A stretch of DNA of 63,987 nt, filler included, from an uncultured bacterium (GTDB lineage: Bacteria > DAOPZR01): assembly GCA_964637655.1 (NCBI GenBank). It is 13 parts of 13 records of this genome, joined end to end, with 100 filler letters (N's around TTAATTAATTAA, not from the genome) between each part and the next. Parts side by side here need not be neighbours in the genome. Positions count along the whole stretch, not along the records: positions 26,089 to 31,124 come from CAZWUZ010000276.1; positions 31,225 to 36,259 come from CAZWUZ010000277.1; positions 36,360 to 41,370 come from CAZWUZ010000278.1; 10 more parts are not named here. One strand, written 5' to 3'. A model generated the notes under the pieces. The model did no database searches. It was not told the DNA's origin and saw nothing but the letters and a program-made list of their open reading frames with translations. Numbering within the stretch: position 1 is the first letter of the stretch; every line of letters begins with the position of its first letter. The position numbers were made by a program, and so were the translations under genes. Below are positions 30,461-39,564 of the stretch, in pieces.

Positions 30461-30621
30461 GCGATTGCTGCGGCATTGGCCAGATAGAGTTCAACCGCCT
30501 CAAGCAGCATTGCCCGCGCCTTTTCCGGATTGGCCCCGTAGGAGGCAACCCCGAGTTCCGGGCACTTCGCTACGTAGGATTTGCCTTCTTTCCACAATAC
30601 TGCGGTCAGCCGGAAATGCAT
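30457..30621 (-). CDS. HicB-like antitoxin-domain microprotein (54 aa)
   Basis: Manual translation MHFRLTAVLWKEGKSYVAKCPELGVASYGANPEKARAMLLEAVELYLANAAAIA; GGAGG RBS; ATGA overlap with the R-M gene. Confidence 0.8.
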   Translation of the reverse strand: MHFRLTAVLWKEGKSYVAKCPELGVASYGANPEKARAMLLEAVELYLANAAAIA

Positions 30622-30899
30622 CCTGGGTTCCTCCCTCCTGCAATATCACCGTGCTCTGATATCCCATAATTCATACCATCGCGCGTGTATTTTACGCGCA
30701 TGTAATCACGCACATTTACATATCAATCTGACATTGCCTATGTTATGCATCGCCAATACAATCGCGTGTAATGATTGACCCGCTTGTATCCGGGCATGGT
30801 TACGCCCTGACATAATAGGCTCCTTTGGGCGGGCGCCCGGCCATCCGCAATTGGCCCTGCCCACACGCAACGTAAGCATATTATAGATGATGCGTTGCG

Positions 30900-31124
30900 T
30901 CAACGTGACACTGTGCTTGCGGTTGACGATGCCGCGAACATGAGGCGGAGGTACTGCCCCATGATGCGCAGCGAGCCGCGCAACAGGCGCAGCACCGTTC
31001 CCGCGCCGAATTTCCTGACCATATAGGCCACGTTATTGCTGACCAGATTGATGTAGAGGTTGGTGAGCAGCATCTCCCCGTAATAGCGGCGCAACGTCAT
31101 CCGTGACGGTCTGATGGTCACCTG
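30900..31124 (-). CDS. C-terminal fragment of an unidentified protein
   Basis: Open frame running from the contig edge to a stop at 30900. Confidence 0.4.
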   Translation of the reverse strand, partial: QVTIRPSRMTLRRYYGEMLLTNLYINLVSNNVAYMVRKFGAGTVLRLLRGSLRIMGQYLRLMFAASSTASTVSR

Positions 31125-31224
31125 NNNNNNNNNNNNNNNNNNNNNNNNNNNNNNNNNNNNNNNNNNNNTTAATTAATTAANNNNNNNNNNNNNNNNNNNN
31201 NNNNNNNNNNNNNNNNNNNNNNNN

Positions 31225-31420
31225 GCCTGCCGGCGCGCGGGGAGGGGACAGACGGGAAAACGGGCGGCCTGCCGGCGCGCGGGGAGGGGACAGACGGGAA
31301 AACGGGCGGCCTGCCGGCGCGTGGAGAGGGGACAGACGGGAAAGCGGAGAGCAATCCCTCACCCGCCGCGACGCGGCGCCCTCTCCCTGAGGGAGAGGGG
31401 ACAGACGGGAAAACGGGCGG
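31225..31420. repeat. 42-bp tandem repeat (about 3 copies plus a partial) with an embedded REP-like hairpin
   Basis: GCCTGCCGGCGCGCGGGGAGGGGACAGACGGGAAAACGGGCG at 31225, 31267 and 31309 (degenerate). Confidence 0.85.
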
Positions 31421-31441
31421 TCTTACGGTGCGCGGAGAAAT

Positions 31442-32530
31442 ATGCTGATGCGTTACGGGCTGGCGGCGAAAATCCTCATCCCGTTCGCGGTCTTTCTCGC
31501 CGCGGTGGCGGTATTGGGCGACGTGTTTATCGTCGCGCTGGGCGACCAGGTGCTGCGGGCGGCGGATATCGCGCCGCAGGCGGCGGCGGCGGTGCGCACG
31601 CTGGCGCTCACCTACGTGCTCGTCTCGCTTCTCTCGGTGCTGCTGCTGCTCGGCATCTACATGCTGATTGTGCGCAGCATCACGCGGCGGCTGGCGGTGC
31701 TGACCACGCTCACGGAGCAGGTCGAGGCGGACGCCTTTCCCGCGCTGGTGACGGTCGAGGGGCATGACGAGATCGCCGACCTGACGCGCGCGTTCGTCGC
31801 CATGAACACGCGGCTCGAGCGTTCCTACCGCCGGCTCGAGGAGGCGCAGCGGCTGGCGGCGCGCCACGAGAAACTCGCGTCGCTCGGGGCGCTGGCGAGC
31901 AGCGTGGCGCACGAGATCAACAATCCCAACGGCATCATCTCGCTCTATGCGCAGCTGCTGCTGCGGCGCGACGATTTGAGCGCGGAGGCGCGGCAGCAGG
32001 CGGCGACGGTCGCCGCGGAGAGCGCGCGCCTGGCGCATATCGTGCGCGATCTGCTCGACTATGCCCGCCCGGCGGCACCGCTGCAGCACGCGCCGGTCGA
32101 TCTCGGGGCGCTGCTGCGCGACCTGCTGGCGGCGCAGCGCCCGCTGCTCGGCGACGTCGCTTTGACGGCGGACGGCGACCTGGCGGTGACGGGTGATGCG
32201 GCGCGGCTGCGGCAGGTGTTCATCAACCTGCTGGTGAACGCGCGCGACGCGGCGGGCGAAGCGGGGAGCGTGCGGGTGCAGGCGGCGGGCGGCGCGGCGG
32301 CGGTGACGGTGCGGGTCAGCGACGACGGGCCGGGCATCCCGCGCCACCTGCAGGAAAAGGTGTTCGAACCGTTCTTCACCACCAAGACGACGGGGAAGGG
32401 GAGCGGCCTGGGGCTTGCCATCTGCCACCGGATTATTGTAGAAGAACACGGGGGGAGCATCGACCTGCAGGCGGCGGACAGCGGCACCACGGTGCTGGCA
32501 ACGCTGCCGCGGGGACGGACGGACGAATGA
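31442..32530 (+). CDS. HAMP-domain sensor histidine kinase
   Basis: Two TM helices, HAMP, AHEINNP, QVFINLLVNA, DDGPG, FFTTK, GSGLGL. Confidence 0.93.
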   Translation: MLMRYGLAAKILIPFAVFLAAVAVLGDVFIVALGDQVLRAADIAPQAAAAVRTLALTYVLVSLLSVLLLLGIYMLIVRSITRRLAVLTTLTEQVEADAFPALVTVEGHDEIADLTRAFVAMNTRLERSYRRLEEAQRLAARHEKLASLGALASSVAHEINNPNGIISLYAQLLLRRDDLSAEARQQAATVAAESARLAHIVRDLLDYARPAAPLQHAPVDLGALLRDLLAAQRPLLGDVALTADGDLAVTGDAARLRQVFINLLVNARDAAGEAGSVRVQAAGGAAAVTVRVSDDGPGIPRHLQEKVFEPFFTTKTTGKGSGLGLAICHRIIVEEHGGSIDLQAADSGTTVLATLPRGRTDE

Positions 32531-33906
32531 AAGCGACGATCCTGGTCATCGACGACGAGCAGCAGTTTATCGACGGGCTGCGCACGGTCCTGCAGGGGGA
32601 GGGGTATGCGGTCGAGGGGTACAGCGATCCGCAGCAGGCGCTCGAACGCTGGGCGCAGGGGAACATCGACCTGGTCATCACCGACCTGAAAATGCCCCAG
32701 TTCGACGGGCTCGACGTGGTCGAACGCGTGGTGCAGGACGACCCGACGGTCCCCGTGCTGGTGCTCACGGCGTTCGCCACCGTCGACAGCGCCGTGCGCG
32801 CCATGCGCGCGGGCGCTTTCCACTACGTCACCAAGCCGTTCAATATCGACGAGATGCTCGCCACGGTGGGCAAGGCGCTCGCCCACCGCCGCCTCAAACG
32901 CGAAAATCTCACGCTGCACCGGCAGATCGAGGAGCGCTTCGCCTTTGCCAACATCATCGGCGGGGCGCCCGCCATGCGCAAACTGTTCGACGCCATCCGC
33001 CAGGTGGCGGCGGCGGCGGCGACGGTGCTCGTCACCGGGGAGAGCGGCACGGGCAAGGAACTGGTGGCGCGCGCGCTGCACTTCACCGGCCCGCTCAAGG
33101 ACCGCCCGTTCATCGTCGTCAACTGCGCGGCCATCCCCCCGGCGCTGCTCGAAAGCGAGATCTTCGGGCATGAACGCGGCGCGTTCACCGGCGCGGTACG
33201 CCAGCATCAGGGAAAATTTGAACAGGCGGAGGGGGGGACGCTTTTCCTCGACGAGATTGGCGAACTTCCGCCCGACGTGCAGGCCAAGTTCCTGCGCGTG
33301 CTTGAAGGGCATGACTACACGCGGGTGGGGGGGACGCGCGCGCTGCGCGCCTCCTGCCGCGTGGTCGCGGCGACCAACAAGAAACTGGCGGCCGAGGCGG
33401 CAGCCGGACGCTTTCGCGCCGATTTGTTCTACCGCCTCAATGTCATCACGCTGGATGTGCCGCCGCTGCGCGAGCGGCGTGAGGATATCCCGCTGCTGCT
33501 GCACCATTTTTTGCAGCAGAATGCGCTGCGCCTTGAACGTACGTCGGCACTGAGCGCGGAAGCAGAAGCGCTGCTCTGTGCCCACGACTGGCCCGGTAAT
33601 GTGCGCGAACTGCAGAACCTGGTCGAGCGGCTCTGCGTGCTCGATGCGCGCGGCGAGATACTGCCGGATGATCTGCCCGAAGCGCTGCGCCGCCCGGCGG
33701 GCGGGGTGGTGCCATCGACGGGGCGGCTCAAGGAGCGGGTGGAGGAGTACGAAAAGGACCTGATTCTCGCGGCGCTGGCAGCACACGGTGGCAATCAGAA
33801 CGGCGCGGCGAACAGTTTGGGTATTTCCCGGCAGAATTTGTATTACAAACTGCGGAAACTGGGACTGGCGGGCGGTGATGCGGGTGAGGCAGAAGGGGTT
33901 GACTGA
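32527..33906 (+). CDS. NtrC/PilR-type sigma54-dependent response regulator
   Basis: Receiver domain, [22 protein letters not shown], Fis-type HTH. Confidence 0.95.
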   Translation: MKATILVIDDEQQFIDGLRTVLQGEGYAVEGYSDPQQALERWAQGNIDLVITDLKMPQFDGLDVVERVVQDDPTVPVLVLTAFATVDSAVRAMRAGAFHYVTKPFNIDEMLATVGKALAHRRLKRENLTLHRQIEERFAFANIIGGAPAMRKLFDAIRQVAAAAATVLVTGESGTGKELVARALHFTGPLKDRPFIVVNCAAIPPALLESEIFGHERGAFTGAVRQHQGKFEQAEGGTLFLDEIGELPPDVQAKFLRVLEGHDYTRVGGTRALRASCRVVAATNKKLAAEAAAGRFRADLFYRLNVITLDVPPLRERREDIPLLLHHFLQQNALRLERTSALSAEAEALLCAHDWPGNVRELQNLVERLCVLDARGEILPDDLPEALRRPAGGVVPSTGRLKERVEEYEKDLILAALAAHGGNQNGAANSLGISRQNLYYKLRKLGLAGGDAGEAEGVD

Positions 33907-34026
33907 TGTAAAAATTCTTTCATCACTTGCCTTATTGTACTGCTGTTTTGCCGCAGGAGATAAAAAGTATTGTCATAATACTTTTATTTACAATGATATA
34001 AATATATTATCCTACAGATTGTCTGT

Positions 34027-34042
34027 TGGCATCACGATTGCA
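34027..34042 (+). promoter_or_regulatory. Sigma54 (-24/-12) promoter of the pilin operon
   Basis: TGGCAT-CACGA-TTGCA fits TGGCAC-N5-TTGC with correct spacing; AT-rich upstream region. Confidence 0.8.
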
Positions 34043-34085
34043 TAACATACTATACGTTGCAGCGGCAAAATCATGGAGGGACGGT

Positions 34086-34637
34086 ATGGTACGTACGGGA
34101 AAATCCGGTTTCTCGCTGGTCGAACTGCTGGTGGTGATTTTCATCATCGGTATGCTCGTTGGCTGGGTGGTCCCTAACTTCACCTCGTTTCTGCTGCGCA
34201 TCAAGCTGCAAAACTCGTCGCGTCAGGCGGAAATCATGCTGCGCAACGCGGCGCGGCACGCGATGTCGGACCGGCGCACCATCATGGTCTACGTGAATTC
34301 GCGCTCAGCGGGAACGCAGCCGAACTCGATGACGGCAAAAATCGATCAGGATATCCGCGACACCCCGTATGACGACTGGGAACTGCTTCCTGACGGGTTT
34401 GTCGAGACCATCAGCCCGATTCTCATTCCGGATTTCTCGCTGCCGACGGTCAAGTTCGAAAAGTACGGCACGGCGACATCGACCGGCTCGCTCTACATCA
34501 CCTTGCGCAATCCGGCTGACCCGCAGTGGATTGCCGACGGCGGCGCAGCACCTGCGGAAAATCTGACGCGCACCGACTACAATACCATTACTGTCTCCGG
34601 GCAGCAGCGGGTGGCCTTGTATGAATACCTGCACTGA
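34086..34637 (+). CDS. Type IV minor pilin/pseudopilin (FimT/GspH-like)
   Basis: KSG/FSLVELLVVIFIIG prepilin motif. Confidence 0.88.
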   Translation: MVRTGKSGFSLVELLVVIFIIGMLVGWVVPNFTSFLLRIKLQNSSRQAEIMLRNAARHAMSDRRTIMVYVNSRSAGTQPNSMTAKIDQDIRDTPYDDWELLPDGFVETISPILIPDFSLPTVKFEKYGTATSTGSLYITLRNPADPQWIADGGAAPAENLTRTDYNTITVSGQQRVALYEYLH

Positions 34638-35064
34638 GGCGGGCGTGCGGCGCACGCAGCGCGGCCTGTCGCTGATCGAGATGATGATCGCGCTGGCGGT
34701 GCTTGGCATCGGGCTGGTGGCGATTCTCAATGCCATCCCGGTGATTTACCGCACGGCGGCGCGGGCGCAGTCGATGACCATCTCCTCGGTGCTGGCGGCT
34801 GACGTCTACGCCAAGCTCAAGGGTGACATCACCTGGCCGCCGACGACCTACCCGGCGACGACGACTGATTTCGAGCCGTTCGATGCGCCCTTCACTGATT
34901 TCGAGTGGCGGCGCGACGTGGAAAACGCCAACTCGCTGATCGGGGGGAACACCTCGGCCAGCACGTACCTGAAGATGGTCAAGATCACGGTGCGCTACCC
35001 GTTTATCGGGGCGTACCGCAGTGTGCAGTTCGTCACCTACGCGACGAACTACTCGACGATGTAA
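34621..35064 (+). CDS. Minor pilin (PilV/GspI-like)
   Basis: QRG/LSLIEMMIAL; the true start may be GTG 34645. Confidence 0.85.
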   Translation: MNTCTEAGVRRTQRGLSLIEMMIALAVLGIGLVAILNAIPVIYRTAARAQSMTISSVLAADVYAKLKGDITWPPTTYPATTTDFEPFDAPFTDFEWRRDVENANSLIGGNTSASTYLKMVKITVRYPFIGAYRSVQFVTYATNYSTM

Positions 35065-35071
35065 GGGGGTG

Positions 35072-35902
35072 ATGACAATGCTGCACCGGCCGAAACGCGG
35101 TACGCTGGGCTTCACGCTGGTCGAGCTGATGGTCTGCGTCGCCATCTTCGCCGTCATCACCCTGGCGGTGCAGGAAGTGTTCAACATGGTCATCAAACTC
35201 TGGCGCACAGGTGACGCGCGCCTCAAGATGTTCCAGAATGCGCGCTTTGCCCTCGAGGTTATCGGGGTGCACACCCGTGCATCGATGCGTCCTGACCTCA
35301 TTGACTACAACCGCGACGGCGTTATCGACGCCAAGGATACTGGCGTTACCGGGGCGCGTTTCATTGTCGTCAACTACGCGGCGCAGTCGAACGCCTCGTC
35401 CAATATCATTGACGCGAGCACCAAGGGAATCGGCTACGGCTATCAGAACTCCGATGCCATGGCGCACCATTCCTACGGTTACCATACCGACTGGGAAATG
35501 TCCGACTGGTCCTGTTTCACCTATGGCATGCAGAATGTTTCGCCGGCGACCAACGGCAACCCGGTTATCTACCTCACCAAACTCAATAACAACTCGGTGC
35601 GCGAAAAGTGGCGGCCCATCGTCATCCGCCCGAACATCAATGACATGCTGTCCTTCCCGGTTGGTGGCGGCGGCAACGGTACGCAGGACCCGACCTTCTA
35701 CGCCGTGCAGGACTTCCAGCTGGAAGCGTTCTGGGGGACGACCGCCTCGGGGTCGGGTTCCCTCTTCTGGGATACCGCGGACCGCGGGAAACTCCCGACC
35801 ATGGTCAAGATGTGGATCCTCGCGCAGGATGAGAAGGGTATCGCCGCCCCGGTCTGGCTGGGTACCTGCATCTCGCTGACGCCGGCGACGGGGATGTACT
35901 GA
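35072..35902 (+). CDS. Minor pilin (PilW/GspJ-like)
   Basis: LG/FTLVELMVCVAI prepilin motif. Confidence 0.85.
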   Translation: MTMLHRPKRGTLGFTLVELMVCVAIFAVITLAVQEVFNMVIKLWRTGDARLKMFQNARFALEVIGVHTRASMRPDLIDYNRDGVIDAKDTGVTGARFIVVNYAAQSNASSNIIDASTKGIGYGYQNSDAMAHHSYGYHTDWEMSDWSCFTYGMQNVSPATNGNPVIYLTKLNNNSVREKWRPIVIRPNINDMLSFPVGGGGNGTQDPTFYAVQDFQLEAFWGTTASGSGSLFWDTADRGKLPTMVKMWILAQDEKGIAAPVWLGTCISLTPATGMY

Positions 35903-35903
35903 C

Positions 35904-36259
35904 ATGGCCTTCCTGCGGCAGCGTGGCTTCGCCCTCGTTTTTGCCATCTGGGTGCTCGCCATCCTCATGGTCATCGTCACCGCCTATGCCTGGAACATGC
36001 AGCATGAAATCCAGATTGCGCAGGGGACCATCGACACCATCTCCGCCCGCTACCTTGCCGAGGGTGGCATCGCCCGCGCCATTGCTGAGATCAAGGCGTG
36101 CGCCGCGAACGGCAACCCCGCCTACCGCGCGTGGGTGAGCGAAACGTGGGGGACGGGCTCGACCTGGGCGCAGCTGGGCAAGTGGGACGCCACCGCTGAC
36201 TGGACGACGGGCAACCTGGCGACGACGTGGGACGGCAGCCACTCCTGCAAGTATTACAT
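35904..36259 (+). CDS. PilX/GspK-like protein (3' truncated)
   Basis: QRG/FALVFAIWVL lacking E5; ARYLAEGGIARA. Confidence 0.85.
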
Positions 36260-36387
36260 NNNNNNNNNNNNNNNNNNNNNNNNNNNNNNNNNNNNNNNNN
36301 NNNTTAATTAATTAANNNNNNNNNNNNNNNNNNNNNNNNNNNNNNNNNNNNNNNNNNNNTTCTGGACGCTCCCCTTGCCGAAGGTCT

Positions 36388-37428
36388 TCACGCCCACCAG
36401 GACGCCGCGACCCGCGGATGATTGGCATGCAGCCAGAGCATGGCGAACGTAACCGCAAAGGAGAGCTGAAAGCCCGCTTCACGCAGCGCGTACGGCGCTG
36501 CCAGCAACGCGACACATGCCGCCAGCATCAGGCAGTGGATGCCGATGACCGGGCGGGAGAACAGCGGCGGCAGCAGCGCCGCCAGCAGCATCAGCGTGGC
36601 CCGCACCACCGCGCTCTGCTCACCAACGAGCAGCGCATACGCGATAACCGCGAGCCCGAGCCAGAGCAGGCGCGCGTAGCGCGGCAGGAAGAACCCGAGT
36701 CCCGCCGCCAGCCAGGCGACGATGCCGACATTGAGCCCCGACACGGCCAGGATATGCCCGAGTCCCGCCACCTGCAGCACCTGCTGCTCATCGGGGTTCA
36801 GGTCGTTCTGCTCGCCGAAGATAAACGCGGTTGCCCAGCCGCCGTGCGCACCGAGCGACCGCCGCACCGCCGCCCGGCAGTCGCGCCGCCACTGCCAGAG
36901 CGTGCCACGCCACGATGCAGGTGCCGCTGCTGCCACGCGCCAGGTGCGCGCCCGCGCCACGCCGGCATACCCGCGCCCGGCGAGTAGCGCCCGGTAGTCG
37001 AACCCGCCGTCATACAGCGCGCCGTCGGGCACCCACGCCTCACCGGCAACCTGCAGCAGGTCGCCCGGATTCGCCGTGTAGCTGTCGGGCCTGGCCAGCA
37101 GCAGCGGGATGGCCGCGCCGGCACGGAAGAGCGTCACTCCCAGCCGCTGCTCGCTCACCTGCTGTTCCACCCGGACCATGCCGCTGAACTGGCGGCGCAG
37201 GGCGAGTTCCGGCGGCAGCACGGGAACGGGTTGCAGCGCGACTGCCAGCGCCCCGGCAGCAAGCCCGGGCAGGACCGTCGCAGCCAGCGTGGCGCGGCGG
37301 GCAGCAGCCAGCAGGGCGTAGCAAAGCAGCGCGCCGCCGGCCAGCGGCAGCGGCGGTGCCCCGTACACCGCCGCGCCGGTACCCGCCAGCAGCCCGGCAA
37401 GCAGCCAGAGCAGCGGGAAACGGGTCAC
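36388..37428 (-). CDS. comEC: ComEC/Rec2 competence protein (short form)
   Basis: GGFDYR, GLGHILAVSGLNVG, SAVVRA, GFQLSF. Confidence 0.88.
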   Translation of the reverse strand: MTRFPLLWLLAGLLAGTGAAVYGAPPLPLAGGALLCYALLAAARRATLAATVLPGLAAGALAVALQPVPVLPPELALRRQFSGMVRVEQQVSEQRLGVTLFRAGAAIPLLLARPDSYTANPGDLLQVAGEAWVPDGALYDGGFDYRALLAGRGYAGVARARTWRVAAAAPASWRGTLWQWRRDCRAAVRRSLGAHGGWATAFIFGEQNDLNPDEQQVLQVAGLGHILAVSGLNVGIVAWLAAGLGFFLPRYARLLWLGLAVIAYALLVGEQSAVVRATLMLLAALLPPLFSRPVIGIHCLMLAACVALLAAPYALREAGFQLSFAVTFAMLWLHANHPRVAASWWA

Positions 37429-37435
37429 GGACGGA

Positions 37436-38086
37436 TCAGAACGTCACGCGGTCGCGCAGTTGCGCCAGGGTCTTGTCCCCGAGACGCGGCACATTGCGCA
37501 GTTCGTCAAGGGTGCGGATGGTCCCGACCCGGTCGCGATACGCGATGATTGCTTCGGCGGTCTTGGGCCCGATGCGCGGGAGCGTCATCAGTTCCTCGCG
37601 CGTCGCCGTGTTCAGGTTGACCACCGCCGCCGGTGCCGCGCCACCGGCAGGCGCGGCCGCACCGGCTGACGGGCGCGCCGTGCGCCCGACATGCAGCAGG
37701 TCGCGGTCGGTAAGCACCGTGCCGCCGGCATAGCGCGCCGCATCGAGGCGCGGCGGCACGTAGATGCGGGTGTCGGTGGTAAGCAGGAGGTACGGGTCGG
37801 GCTCATCCGGCCGTGCCGCCGCAGTCACTCCGCCGGCCTGCTGCACGGCTTCGCCCAGCAACGTACCGCGGGCCACCGCGTACCGGCCCGGACAGGCGAC
37901 TTCTCCTTCAATAATGACGGTGATGGTGGCGGCGGTATCAGCAGCGGCAGAAACCGCCGGGTCGACGACATCGGGGAGCGGCGCCGGTACCGGTGCCGGA
38001 CGCGACTGCTGCCACCACCAGCCGGCGGCCAGCGCAGCGAGCACGACAATGATGGCGAGACCCTGGCGCTGCTGCAGTTCCGCCAC
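37436..38086 (-). CDS. comEA: ComEA DNA uptake protein (SLBB + HhH)
   Basis: N-terminal TM helix, GEVACPG...AGG, VNLNTATREELMTLPRIGPKTA. Confidence 0.9.
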   Translation of the reverse strand: MAELQQRQGLAIIVVLAALAAGWWWQQSRPAPVPAPLPDVVDPAVSAAADTAATITVIIEGEVACPGRYAVARGTLLGEAVQQAGGVTAAARPDEPDPYLLLTTDTRIYVPPRLDAARYAGGTVLTDRDLLHVGRTARPSAGAAAPAGGAAPAAVVNLNTATREELMTLPRIGPKTAEAIIAYRDRVGTIRTLDELRNVPRLGDKTLAQLRDRVTF

Positions 38087-38135
38087 CGGCTGTTCTCCTG
38101 TCGCGCTGCGACACCCGGCGGCTTACGGTGCGCCG

Positions 38136-39167
38136 TCAGCGGCCGCCGCGGGTCTCCTGATAATAGCGGTCCATGTACTCGCGGTAGAGCCGGTCGTACT
38201 CCGCCTCGCGCTCGCGCTGTTCCGCTTCCGCCGCCGCCACGGCGGCGGCATCGCTGCCGTCGGCAACGACCGCGCCGAACCCGAGCGCGTAGGTGAAGCG
38301 GTGCACGTAGCCGAGATCGCCGTAATGCCCGTAGGCGTAGTCGAAATCACCGATGCTGTGCCGCAACCCGAGCCCGGCGCGGAAGGAACTCTCGATCCCC
38401 TCGTCGCCGTAATTCACAAAACCGGTGCGCACGTAGATGTTCTCCAGCGGCTGCCACTCGCAGCCGAGATGCAGCGAGGTCTGCTGGCCGCGCAGGCGCT
38501 GCACGTCCGCCAGCAGCAGCAGTTCGCGGTCGAGCACATACGCCCCGATACCGGCGCGGAACATGAGCGGCAGCGGGTCGCCGTCACTGATGAACTTCAG
38601 TTTGCTCCCCGCGTTGCTCACCGACATGCCCCACTGCACGTTGTCGGTGATGTCCCCCTGCACCCCGAGGTCGCCGGCAAAAGCATCGGCACTGTAGACA
38701 TCGAGCGACCGCCGGATATACTTGACCGCACCGCCGACCCGCAGTGAGCCGACCGGCCGCGCATACGCCGCGGTGAACGCCAGATCGCTGTTGCTGAAAC
38801 TGCCGACCTCGTTGCCGGTATTGTCATACCGCTTGTCGCGCAGCTGCAGCGCCGTCACCGACAGGCCGAACGCATCGCCCGGCCCGAGCGGCTGCAGGTA
38901 GCTGAGGTATTCGTAGTTGGCGTTTTCCAGGTAGATGGTGTAACTGGTGGTGAGCCGCTGCCGCCGCTCACGCGACAGTCCCGCCGGGTTGTAATGAAAC
39001 CCGAACCCCTCGTCGGCGACCGCGGTGAACGCTTCCCCCAGCGCCGCCGCGCGGGCCGCCGGGGGGATCAGCAGGAAGTCGGCGCCGACCGTGCCCGGAC
39101 CGCCGGCCAGCGCGCTGTCAGCCAGGCACAACACGCTCAGGAGCAGTACTGCCCAGACACGCACCAT
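38136..39167 (-). CDS. PorV/PorQ family outer-membrane beta-barrel
   Basis: Signal peptide, FLLIPPAARAAALGEAFTA...YNPAGL, DYAY...LG.VHRF. Confidence 0.85.
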   Translation of the reverse strand: MVRVWAVLLLSVLCLADSALAGGPGTVGADFLLIPPAARAAALGEAFTAVADEGFGFHYNPAGLSRERRQRLTTSYTIYLENANYEYLSYLQPLGPGDAFGLSVTALQLRDKRYDNTGNEVGSFSNSDLAFTAAYARPVGSLRVGGAVKYIRRSLDVYSADAFAGDLGVQGDITDNVQWGMSVSNAGSKLKFISDGDPLPLMFRAGIGAYVLDRELLLLADVQRLRGQQTSLHLGCEWQPLENIYVRTGFVNYGDEGIESSFRAGLGLRHSIGDFDYAYGHYGDLGYVHRFTYALGFGAVVADGSDAAAVAAAEAEQREREAEYDRLYREYMDRYYQETRGGR

Positions 39168-39203
39168 AACCGTCCTTCGACCGGAACGCCGGAAGTGTCA
39201 ATT

Positions 39204-39232
39204 ATGTTACTATATCACCTGCGCACTGTCAA
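39204..39232 (-). promoter_or_regulatory. Putative sigma70 promoter for the PorV-comEA-comEC unit
   Basis: TTGACA-17 bp-TAACAT on the minus strand. Confidence 0.55.
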
Positions 39233-39263
39233 CAAAACCCTGCTTTCAATCCTCCCTGCCGTC

Positions 39264-39530
39264 GTGGTTGGCCGCAGCCCATGCCCTCCATGGCGGCTGC
39301 GGCATGCACCACCTCCTGTGGCTGGCCGCAGCCCATGCCCTCCATGGCGGCTGCGGCATGCACCACCTCCTGTGGCTNNNNNNNNNNNNNNNNNNNNNNN
39401 NNNNNNNNNNNNNNNNNNNNNNNNNNNNNNNNNNNNNNNNNNNNNNNNNNNNNNNNNNNNNNNNNNNNNNNNNNNNNGGCCGCAGCCCTTGCCCTCCATG
39501 GCGGCTGCGGCACATACCACTTCCTGTGGT
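39264..39530. repeat. 54-bp tandem repeat with internal hairpin (at least 3 copies; spans a scaffold gap)
   Basis: Unit GTGG(T/C)TGGCCGCAGCCCATGCCCTCCATGGCGGCTGCGGCATGCACCACCTCCT at 39264, 39318 and after the gap. Confidence 0.85.
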
Positions 39531-39558
39531 TGACACTCGCCGCCACGGCAGGTACCAT
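39530..39558 (+). promoter_or_regulatory. Putative sigma70 promoter, probably giving a leaderless mRNA
   Basis: TTGACA-17 bp-TACCAT with ATG 6 nt downstream and no SD sequence. Confidence 0.55.
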
Positions 39559-39564
39559 CGCCGC

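Noticed and set aside
30660-30900. AT-rich intergenic region with a short ORF (30706-30903) and small palindromes; possible hicA or riboswitch
   Set aside because: No HicA motif or known riboswitch consensus could be recognised.
31225-31420. Possible CRISPR array or repeat-protein ORF (31169-32449, minus strand)
   Set aside because: No spacers; the ORF is the antisense shadow of the kinase gene running into a non-coding tandem repeat.
39264-39530. Possible CRISPR array
   Set aside because: Units are head-to-tail with no unique spacers, and no cas genes are present; it is a tandem repeat.
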